IMG/VR virus record: IMGVR_UViG_3300026283_000082
Location: 1 to 53,481 of that record
DNA from: a virus
Taxonomy: Duplodnaviria; Caudoviricetes
Reading direction: 5' to 3' (one strand)
Length of the DNA stretch: 53,481 bases
Part shown: positions 19,034 through 26,754 of the stretch, piece by piece
How the letters are laid out: each line of letters opens with the position of its first letter
How positions within the stretch are numbered: position 1 is the first letter of the stretch
Notes under the pieces: generated by a model
Seen by the model: the letters and a program-made list of their open reading frames with translations, nothing else
The model's database searches: none
Told to the model about the DNA's origin: nothing
Made by a program: the position numbers and the translations under genes

Positions 19034-19522
19034 CTACATGGCGCGTAGGGCTTCGAGTCTAAGCATTGCCTCGTGGTAGAGGCCCTTGGCCGTCTTAGTC
19101 GCCGCTGCGCCGCGCCCGGCTTTGGCAATGGCGCGCTCGTGGCGCTGGCGCATCTCGCCAACGCGGACAATGGCCGCTGCCTCTGTTTCGCCTGTAGCAG
19201 TCACGCCAAGCGGCAGAATCATCTGCGCCCAGCGCCACGAAAGCCCGGTGATGGGGAAAAACACGCGACCTGTCGTGCCCGCCACCGGCCAGTGGGCAAG
19301 CGCATCGACGGTGCCGTGCGCCGTAAGGGTCTGGTCTTTCTCCGCAATCTCCACGAGATCAAGCCCCGCCAGATCGGCGAAGTTTTCCAGCGTGGGCTTT
19401 AGCATCGTGATGCAGCCGGTCGTCCGGTTTGACCCGCCGCCGAGATTCCGGATAAGCTGCTCCGTCGCCTCGTCGAAAAATGGCGGCTTGGGGGATAGGG
19501 TGACGCGAACATCTCTGGTCAT
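19034..19522 (-). CDS. Hypothetical protein
   Basis: 162-aa ORF with the full leader motif. Confidence 0.65.
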   Translation of the reverse strand: MTRDVRVTLSPKPPFFDEATEQLIRNLGGGSNRTTGCITMLKPTLENFADLAGLDLVEIAEKDQTLTAHGTVDALAHWPVAGTTGRVFFPITGLSWRWAQMILPLGVTATGETEAAAIVRVGEMRQRHERAIAKAGRGAAATKTAKGLYHEAMLRLEALRAM

Positions 19523-19705
19523 CTTCTTGTGGTTTTGCAGCCCGGTGTGGCTGGTGTTCGTGATTTCTTTACCTCAAGAGGCCACCATTGGGCCTGTATG
19601 GGGCTTCTGCGGGCATTCTATGACCCGTCAGAGGCAAGGTTAGGCTTTGCCGCAAATCTGCCCAAGCGGCCGCTCCTTAGCACTTTCTAAAGAGACGGGC
19701 TTGGC

Positions 19706-21184
19706 CTACCAGCTGCCCGCAAAGGGCCACCCGGCGGCGGCTTCGTCCTCGTCCTCGTCCTCGAACTCCACTCCGCCATCGTCCTTTTCTTGGCGGCTTG
19801 TAGCGTCTGCGATGATGCGCTCAAGATCGTAGAGAAGGTCGTTTTCGACCATCAGTTTTACTACGGCCTCGTCGTCTGCGGCGAGGGCGGTGTAGATCGT
19901 CTCGATGACGGCGTCTGCGGTGTGGCGTCCGAGGACGACGCCTGCCCTGCTCGAAGCGCCATGGCGGCCCGTGCTGGCGCGAAGAGCCCACTCTCCGTTC
20001 ACCTCGTCGTACGTCCAGTCGTCAACGCCGTGCGAGTAGGTACTGCCGTAGCCGCGCCCGCCAAAATAGCCGCGCGGGTCTTCGTAGCGGTCGTAGCTGC
20101 CGTATCCAAGGCCGTACCCGCGTGTGTTTCCGTGGCGTCGGGGGTCGCGCTCTGCCGGAAGGCTCTGCCAGTTCACCTGCACGGCCGCCTCGGCTACGGC
20201 CACGAGATACTCTACGTCTTGCGTCTCGCCGCTGGTGTGCTGGCCGGTGTAGCCGACCGACAGGTTGGTACATTCCGAGATGATGTTGGCAAACGAGTTG
20301 CTGTCGGTGTATACGCCCCCATTGTCGAGGCGCCACTTCGACGGAATGCCGCCGCGCCCGTCCATAGCCTTCTCAAGCTCAAGAGCAAGATCAATGGCGA
20401 ACGCCTCGGAGCATGTCTGACCCGACATCTGGTCGGTGATGACAGAGCCGAATCGCGCCCGGTCAAACGACACGCATCGGTCAGGCACGATGTCGCCTTT
20501 GGACTTGCGAATCGCCATGTCCACGCTCGCAGCCTCGGAGCCCCTGCATCCGACCTCCTCCTGCGAGAAGAAGCCGTAGGTGCCAACCACGCCTGCGCGG
20601 ATCATGTGGAGCATGATGACGACGCCTGCGCGGCAGTCGGCCCCGAGAATGCCCTTTAGGTCAGAGCCAAGCAGAGGACGCTGCGAGGCCGGGTCGCGGA
20701 AGAGTTCAAGACGCTGCTTGCGGCTTCGCCCGGTCTCGACGGTGTCAAGGTGCGAGGTGAAGAGCGTGCGAGCAGCCTCTTTCTTCTTGCCAACAACAAC
20801 CCAAAGGTTGCCGTGCTTGTCCTCTTTGATACTACTCGTCGTGGCTGTGCGCAGGCACCTGCGAATGCGGCGGATGACGAGGGCCTCGCTCTCGCCGGGG
20901 TCTTCGCAGAAGGCCACAAACTCGTGGACGATGCGGGGCGCGGCGCGCAGGTAGCTGGAGAGCGACATCATGTTGCGGGGCTTGGCGACAGGGGGCCGCC
21001 ATTGGTGTTTGGCGGGCGGCATCGGCTCAAGCGCGTTTATCCTTGTTACTGCCGTGGAGGCCGCAGCGGCAGGCGTGTTCGTAGTGGAAGCGGCCGCCGC
21101 TTTGGTTGCACGCCCTGCGCCTTCCGGCGCGCCGGTGCCCCCGTTGGTCGTCGCAGGGGTGGCTTTTTTGATTCTCATTTTCAT
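19706..21184 (-). CDS. M20/M28-clan zinc peptidase
   Basis: FTSHLDTV, LGADCRAG, QEEVGCRGS, SFDR, YTDS, NLSVGYTGQHT..E (H, D, EE, D, H ligand set). Confidence 0.85.
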   Translation of the reverse strand: MKMRIKKATPATTNGGTGAPEGAGRATKAAAASTTNTPAAAASTAVTRINALEPMPPAKHQWRPPVAKPRNMMSLSSYLRAAPRIVHEFVAFCEDPGESEALVIRRIRRCLRTATTSSIKEDKHGNLWVVVGKKKEAARTLFTSHLDTVETGRSRKQRLELFRDPASQRPLLGSDLKGILGADCRAGVVIMLHMIRAGVVGTYGFFSQEEVGCRGSEAASVDMAIRKSKGDIVPDRCVSFDRARFGSVITDQMSGQTCSEAFAIDLALELEKAMDGRGGIPSKWRLDNGGVYTDSNSFANIISECTNLSVGYTGQHTSGETQDVEYLVAVAEAAVQVNWQSLPAERDPRRHGNTRGYGLGYGSYDRYEDPRGYFGGRGYGSTYSHGVDDWTYDEVNGEWALRASTGRHGASSRAGVVLGRHTADAVIETIYTALAADDEAVVKLMVENDLLYDLERIIADATSRQEKDDGGVEFEDEDEDEAAAGWPFAGSW

Positions 21185-21186
21185 CT

Positions 21187-22266
21187 TTACCACGCTATTT
21201 CGGTGTATTGTTCGGAGCCTTCGCGTTCTCGCTGCGAGCCCAACTTGCGGTAGTCATACAAATCGCCGAAGCATATCCGAGACGGCGTTCCGTGAATGTG
21301 CTCCATCACCCACATGGTCTCGTTTTGATGCCGGGGGTAAAGCGTGCACTCGGTTATGCGAGAGGGCGGCGCGTCGCGGTTGCTTTTGTAGTGCTCGCAG
21401 TCTTTGGAGTACGCGTACTTGAACGTATCCATGTACGGGCTGCCTCCGTTGGGAACGAACGCTGCGCAGACGAACCAGTCGTCCGGGCAGTTCGGGTAGA
21501 GCCGCTCAAGGCCCTGATCGCGCGACCACCGGAGCATCATGCGCTCGATCCACGACCCGCCATCGTCGGCGCTGCTCATGCGGCAGTAGATGCGGTCGAT
21601 GCCGCGACGGTGCCCAAGAGCGTGCGTCCATACGATGGCGCGCGCCATGATAGCGCCGTCCTCGTCACGCCGCATCACAACGAGCCGCGCGTCGGTGCCC
21701 TCGTTGTCGAGCATTCGCCCGGAGTACGGCCGGTCATCGCCGGTCATGCAGGACGAGAGGCCCTTGATCTCCTCGTCCACATGGATTTTAGGGATGCTCT
21801 CCAGAACGTCCTGCGCCTGCCCCTTGGGCACGAGCCCGATGGAGACCGAGAATGGCGGCTGCGGGTTCAGGCGCTCGGCCGCCGCCGTGCCAAGGCGCTC
21901 GGCGGCCATGCTCACGACAGCCTTGTCGTACCCCATCTCGGAGAGGAGCTTGTGGTGGCGGACGAGAAACTTGCCAATGCCGTAGGCGCGCCACGACCGC
22001 TGCCCCTTTTTGGGGCCCACGGGTACGGTGTAGGGTACGCAGACCTTGTTGTCGCGGGCGCGAATGATGATGTCCCAAGCGGGGCACTTCTCGGGAAGCA
22101 CGCCGTCGCCGACGAAGCTGAGGAGGTCGCTGACTTTCTGCCTGATCTCCCGCTCCTCGTTTGTCCACTCGTCGTTTCCAGACGGGGAGAACAGGCGGGG
22201 GTGCTGCGCGGCTTCGTAGGCCACTTCGGGCAGGCGGGCGGAGTCTTCGATTTCGGATGGGGTCAT
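21187..22266 (-). CDS. Conserved phage protein with SCM / ARAIVW / DRIY / PYMDTF motifs, function unknown
   Basis: Motifs visible in translation; start MTPSEIE at 22266 carries the leader motif. Confidence 0.7.
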   Translation of the reverse strand: MTPSEIEDSARLPEVAYEAAQHPRLFSPSGNDEWTNEEREIRQKVSDLLSFVGDGVLPEKCPAWDIIIRARDNKVCVPYTVPVGPKKGQRSWRAYGIGKFLVRHHKLLSEMGYDKAVVSMAAERLGTAAAERLNPQPPFSVSIGLVPKGQAQDVLESIPKIHVDEEIKGLSSCMTGDDRPYSGRMLDNEGTDARLVVMRRDEDGAIMARAIVWTHALGHRRGIDRIYCRMSSADDGGSWIERMMLRWSRDQGLERLYPNCPDDWFVCAAFVPNGGSPYMDTFKYAYSKDCEHYKSNRDAPPSRITECTLYPRHQNETMWVMEHIHGTPSRICFGDLYDYRKLGSQREREGSEQYTEIAW

Positions 22267-22394
22267 GGCTCTTCTGGTGGTTTTGGCCCCGCTCCTCTCG
22301 GTCAAGAGGAGGGTGGTGGTGGGGCGGGGCTAAGGCGAACCCTTAGCCTTTGGTGGAACATCGGTCCCCGTGGTGACGGGGGGTGTGATGACGC

Positions 22395-22550
22395 TCACGG
22401 CGTGGTGTAGGAGGCTCCCCACACGCGCCCGTACTCGACGCGGTAGTGCGGCTGCCCCCTTGCGGGGCAGTAGACGACCGAGACCGGGCGGTGCTGGAGC
22501 GCGGCGAGTCGATTGGCGGCGCTCACGGCGAAGCGAAACGAGTTGAACAT
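22395..22550 (-). CDS. 51-aa protein (not in ORF track)
   Basis: MFNSFRFAVSAANRLAALQHRPVSVVYCPARGQPHYRVEYGRVWGASYTTP, preceded by the full leader motif. Confidence 0.6.
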   Translation of the reverse strand: MFNSFRFAVSAANRLAALQHRPVSVVYCPARGQPHYRVEYGRVWGASYTTP

Positions 22551-22699
22551 GGCTCTTCTGAGTAAAGCCCGTTGTGGCGGGCGGTGGTAGAAGCAGGAAG
22601 CGGCGGGCGACCCCCGGCGTGGGGACTCGGCCTATGTGGCCTCGCTTGGCGCAGAGGCCCGACAGGGCCGATCCGGGGGCGGCCCGCCACAGCGTTTGG

Positions 22700-23008
22700 T
22701 TATGATGCGGGTGCGTACGTCCATCCCCCACCCGCGTGGGCGAGCACAAGTCCCTGCGAGAGCGCAGCGTCGAACGTGGTCACGATAACCACAGCCTCGC
22801 GGCGATCCCCGCGCACAACGCCTCCGAAGCCCGGCACGAGGCATCTCCGGGCTTCGGAGGCGTTGACATCCGAATCAAACTCCCAGTCAATGGCCTTAGC
22901 CACGCCCCTAAGCCGGGTGTGCGCCTCGGACTTGTAGTGGTAGCCGTCTTCAAAGAACCCCACCACATACAAACGAGATGGTCGGCGTCGCTGGATAAGA
23001 GTCTTCAT
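22700..23008 (-). CDS. Hypothetical protein
   Basis: ATG 23008 is ATGA-coupled to the upstream gene. Confidence 0.6.
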   Translation of the reverse strand: MKTLIQRRRPSRLYVVGFFEDGYHYKSEAHTRLRGVAKAIDWEFDSDVNASEARRCLVPGFGGVVRGDRREAVVIVTTFDAALSQGLVLAHAGGGWTYAPAS

Positions 23009-23355
23009 AGAAACCTCCACTCATAAGCGGATTCTCTCCTGCGCACCTCGACGGTGGCGCGGTGAGAGGATCGTGAGTATTGAAAAAGGTGGTCAGCATC
23101 CATCTCCTTGGCCCAGACAGCGCCCCGAAGGTTGACGCAGACGATGTAGAGGCTGTCGCCGTCTATCATCTTCTCCGCTTCATCTCTCGCGTCTACGAGG
23201 AGGCGTTGGGGGTAGTCCATATGGACGCCCCGGTATCTTAGGTGGAAATGGATGGCAGAGACGAGCGCGCCCGTCCACCGCTCTTGCTTGTATTCGTTCA
23301 CGAGCGCGGCTGGGGCGACGCTCGGGTGATGTGTGTCAGGCGCGAGAGCATGCAT
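23005..23355 (-). CDS. Hypothetical protein
   Basis: 116-aa ORF with promoter and full leader motif. Confidence 0.65.
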   Translation of the reverse strand: MHALAPDTHHPSVAPAALVNEYKQERWTGALVSAIHFHLRYRGVHMDYPQRLLVDARDEAEKMIDGDSLYIVCVNLRGAVWAKEMDADHLFQYSRSSHRATVEVRRRESAYEWRFL

Positions 23356-23394
23356 CTTCTGGTGGTTTTGGCCTGCGGTGACAGGCGACTGTAA

Positions 23395-23424
23395 AGGATA
23401 GCACCGCCCTTACAAGATTCGCAA
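23395..23424 (-). promoter_or_regulatory. Extended -10 early promoter overlapped by an inverted repeat
   Basis: Minus strand TTGCGA-N18-TATCCT with TGn before the -10; ccgccctt/aagggcgg inverted repeat (23404-23430) spans it. Confidence 0.5.
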
Positions 23425-23429
23425 GGGCG

Positions 23430-24566
23430 GCACATATGTGAGTATGTATTTTATTTCGGCGGACCCCGTGGCATGGTCGTGGAGACTGGGTGAGAGCGGG
23501 CGCTATGCGCCTACGTGGTGGGCCTCGGCCCCGGTAGCGGGGAGCGTATTGCTCCGGCGCGGCGGGGCCCGGCCTGTGCGTGGTGGTGGACGCAAGGGTC
23601 GTGGGTGATGTGGAGCACGATGCTCCGGGTGAGTGTTGCCGCGTTTGGCACGCAAAGCCGCACACTGTGGCCGTGCGTGAGCCTCCCCGCTACGTCAAAG
23701 CAGCGGCACGCACGCACGGCACCAAAGCCGCGCGCGCTCTTGGGGAGGTAGGGCGTGTTTTTCCATTATCACGCCCCCAAAGGACGACGGGACGGCGGGC
23801 AGGTCTACGCGCATCTAAGCGTAGGGCCACAAACCGTCCACCGGGCGCACGTTCACTCTGCGCCCGGCTCTCAACCGGCGATCCTTACCGCGCACCCTGT
23901 CGGGAATAAGCGTACACCCTCAATCTTTCGGATAGGCCGAAAGATGGGCATATGCGCTGCACCCCGATGCTGCGGCTTCGTAGTGCGGCTCTTACGATCA
24001 AGCCGCTTTCCCCACACGCGCTACGCCGCCGAATACGGCCCACACGCGGGAAGCGCCGGTATCTACGACTACCGGCTTCCTCTGAATAACGCACGCCAAA
24101 GCCACCCCCACGCAGGACAAGATGCGCGGGCTATGTTGGATATGCTACCCCTGCTCGGCAGGCTGCAAGCCCCGTGAAGGGCCATTGGGAGCGGCAAACG
24201 GGAGCCTACGCGCTACCCAGTAGGATGCGCCGTCTACGGCCCTGAAACGCTTTGACTTGCGTTCCCGCTTGCTACTTACACGACATATACGATGTATAGC
24301 GTGAAGTATGTACGCTCCACCTGCTCCGCGCTGTTCGGCGCGGCTTAGGTGGCGTTCTCAGTATGTTGTGACACGGTGCCCTATCGGCACCGGCTACCCG
24401 GCATCCCTTGCCCTAAGACTTGGGATCGTATGCGGATCGTGTCACGTCGGACGATCCGCCGGGGGCACGGGACTTGGCCCGTCGCACCGTGCGCCTATCG
24501 GCGCGGTTGGGTGCGGTTGGGGATCGGTGCGGAATCGAACCGCACGGGGCGAACCTGCCCGATCCC
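23430..24566 (-). ncRNA. Candidate large structured non-coding RNA (about 1.1 kb)
   Basis: No convincing ORF; near-continuous helices and multibranch junctions; several stems extend through G-U pairs only on the minus strand. Ends approximate. Confidence 0.6.
24519..24566 (-). ncRNA. Minimal tRNA-like element (acceptor stem plus T arm, no anticodon arm)
   Basis: Reverse complement: GGGATCGG-GCAGGTTCGCCCCG-TGCGG-TTCGATT-CCGCA-CCGATCCC-C. Confidence 0.65.
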
Positions 24567-24574
24567 GGCGCGGC

Positions 24575-25231
24575 TTACGCGCCCGTTTCGGCTTGCGCGT
24601 TCGCGGCTTGCGCGTTCGTGTGAGCCTTTTCGGCTTTCGCGTGCGCCTCCTCCATAAAAGAAGCAATGGCCGGAGGTGCCGCGCCGAACCGCTTCAACTC
24701 TCCCACAAGCCACCGCTCTGTTTCCACCGTGCGCTTGACGGCGTTGTTGTGGCGCGTCAAATCCTCACCGTTCAGCCGCTCCACGTCCACGGTGGACAAC
24801 GCGAAACCGCGCCGGACGGACGAAGCAAGCCGCGCCCAAAGCTTGGCCGTGTGAGCGGCTTGCACGTCAAGCGTGGCGTTCGCATAGTCAACCGCGCCCG
24901 TGCGTTCTGCAATCGTGACCTTGCCGGACGGCGTGTAGAACACACCAAACGTGCCCGCTTCCCGTGCCGCGTATCCGAGACGATCCGCCGTTACGCGGGC
25001 GCTAAGACACGCGGTGAGGTGACGCGCCACACGGCGGCTCTTGGCGTTGCAAGCACCTTGCAGGATAGACGCAAGGCGTGTGCGGATTTCCGCTTGCGCT
25101 TGCGTGTCGCCGTGGCGCGGTTGGGCGGCTTTCTTGAAGCCGTCGAATCCTTCCGCGTCCTTCCACGCTTGCGCGTTGTCGTTTGCACGCGCCACGGCGC
25201 GTCCTTTGGTCGTCGTTTGTGCCTTTGACAT
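24575..25231 (-). CDS. Hypothetical Ala-rich early protein
   Basis: 218-aa ORF with CCAGAAG ATG leader. Confidence 0.7.
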   Translation of the reverse strand: MSKAQTTTKGRAVARANDNAQAWKDAEGFDGFKKAAQPRHGDTQAQAEIRTRLASILQGACNAKSRRVARHLTACLSARVTADRLGYAAREAGTFGVFYTPSGKVTIAERTGAVDYANATLDVQAAHTAKLWARLASSVRRGFALSTVDVERLNGEDLTRHNNAVKRTVETERWLVGELKRFGAAPPAIASFMEEAHAKAEKAHTNAQAANAQAETGA

Positions 25232-25312
25232 CTTCTGGTGTGCGCGTTACAGGACGCTTCACGCGCTTACGTCCATTGGTTGAGTAGGTGCGCCCAAGCG
25301 GGCGCGTGGATT

Positions 25313-25492
25313 TCAGCTGGTGTATTCCTCCATTGCATCCTCCACGCTTGCGTGTAGCGCACGGGGAATCCAAGCGCCAAGCACCGCGCACGTTGCAGCT
25401 TCCCAAACTGAGAAACTGCAAGCAACGTACACGATTGTGAGCGTGAAAGCGAGGTAGGGCAGAGCGTGGAGAAGGTGGAGAGCGTTGCGCAT
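25313..25492 (-). CDS. Small membrane protein, first gene of the leftward arm
   Basis: MRNALHLLHALPYLAFTLTIVYVACSFSVW... is hydrophobic; CAAGAAG ATG leader. Confidence 0.55.
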   Translation of the reverse strand: MRNALHLLHALPYLAFTLTIVYVACSFSVWEAATCAVLGAWIPRALHASVEDAMEEYTS

Positions 25493-25733
25493 CTTCTTGT
25501 ATTGGTTAGGCGGCTGGCTGGCCGCGCCGTTCGGTTGACGACTGAATAATACGCACGCTGAAAAGCGCCACAAGATCGAATCGTACATTAGAATCCGTAT
25601 GTTTTAGTGGCGATTTTGGGCTGTTTTGGGCTAATAAAACACGCAGGCAGGGCGGGGGGCTGTCGTTACAGCCACCCTCAGACACCGCTTTCTGATACTA
25701 CTGAAATCACTCTAACACGATTTCGCTTCTTCT

Positions 25734-25766
25734 TTTGTGGGTTATTTTCGCGCCTATTCGTACCTT
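25734..25766 (+). promoter_or_regulatory. Putative late promoter (terminase operon)
   Basis: TTTGTGG-N20-TACCTT, same spacing as the copies at 31436 and 52069. Confidence 0.55.
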
Positions 25767-25810
25767 TACCCGCTCGTCCGCTCACCTGCGGGCCTTTACG
25801 ACACAAGAAG

Positions 25811-26662
25811 ATGCTTACACCTCGCAGAAACGCGGCCAATCGGGGCAAAGACGCAACAGGCGGCCCGCGAGATGTGCTGCTCTCGGACGACCTGACAGAG
25901 GAGCAGGCCAGCGGGCTCATACCAGACGTTCCGGTGCTCGAAGACGTGCTTTCGGCGCTGGACGAGTCTGACCCCGACTACGACGACAAGCTGTTTGAGG
26001 CGCTAAAGTCGTATCACGCAGCGCGTAATCGCCTCGGCATTCGCAGCTCGAAGCACTCGGGCATCGGCACGGAGTCGTTTCTCCAGATGATGATGCTCTA
26101 CTTCGACGGGTGTACGTTCTCGGAGATCGCGGACTTGATGGGCGCTACGCTTTCGGGCGTGTCTCGCCAGTCCGACCGGATGCGGATTTCGGTTGACGGC
26201 ATACCTTTCACATGGCAGCAGATCAAGAAGATCGCCGATCCCAAGCGCGCGCTTGCCGCCGTGTCACGTCAGAGGCACGGGGGGCCGGTTTTCAACTACG
26301 ACGAGTGGGCCGAGAAAGACCGCGAGCGAGCGGCCGAGCGCATCGAGAAGGCGCGCAAGGCTATCGTGGAAAACCTTGACGACATGGACGACAAAGGGCG
26401 TTTCGTTGTCCCGCGCAGCGTGGCCGACCTTGCGGCGCTGGAGAAGACGGCGCTGTTGATTCGGGGCGAGGCCACCGAGATACGCGAGCAGCGCCGCACG
26501 GACGCCACGTTCTTGTTTCAGGTCGTCAAGCTCGAAGTTGAGAGCGCCCTTGGCCGGACTTCGGAGGTGAGCAGCCGAATCCTCAAGGGCATCGAGCGGC
26601 GCGTAGAGGCCTACGAGGCCACAGACGGCGACGAGAAAGTGGCGGGGCAGCTTTTGCGGTGA
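25811..26662 (+). CDS. Putative terminase small subunit (HTH)
   Basis: Directly upstream of TerL; GCTFSEIADLMGATLSGVSR HTH; start 25811 set by the leader motif. Confidence 0.65.
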   Translation: MLTPRRNAANRGKDATGGPRDVLLSDDLTEEQASGLIPDVPVLEDVLSALDESDPDYDDKLFEALKSYHAARNRLGIRSSKHSGIGTESFLQMMMLYFDGCTFSEIADLMGATLSGVSRQSDRMRISVDGIPFTWQQIKKIADPKRALAAVSRQRHGGPVFNYDEWAEKDRERAAERIEKARKAIVENLDDMDDKGRFVVPRSVADLAALEKTALLIRGEATEIREQRRTDATFLFQVVKLEVESALGRTSEVSSRILKGIERRVEAYEATDGDEKVAGQLLR

Positions 26663-26754
26663 CTGTCACGCCCCGGTGCCCATGGCGCATCCAAGGCGCG
26701 CAGCACTCTCCGCTATACGAACGAAAACGGCGGACTCTACAACCAGAAGACGAC

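Noticed and set aside
18390-23332. 14-bp repeat CGCTCGGGTGATGT at 18390-18403 and 23319-23332
   Set aside because: Both copies are inside coding regions at non-equivalent positions, and 14-mer matches are expected by chance in 53 kb of GC-rich DNA
23755-24177. 140-aa plus-strand ORF (and 24308-25228) in the gene-free gap
   Set aside because: GTG start for the first, no leader motif, no recognisable domain, against the direction of the arm; the region is better explained by RNA structure
23430-24566. Group I/II intron, RNase P RNA, tmRNA or CRISPR array as the identity of the structured region
   Set aside because: No domain V, P7, GAGGAAAGUCC or tag-ORF arrangement recognised by eye, and no regularly spaced repeats; an Infernal search is still needed
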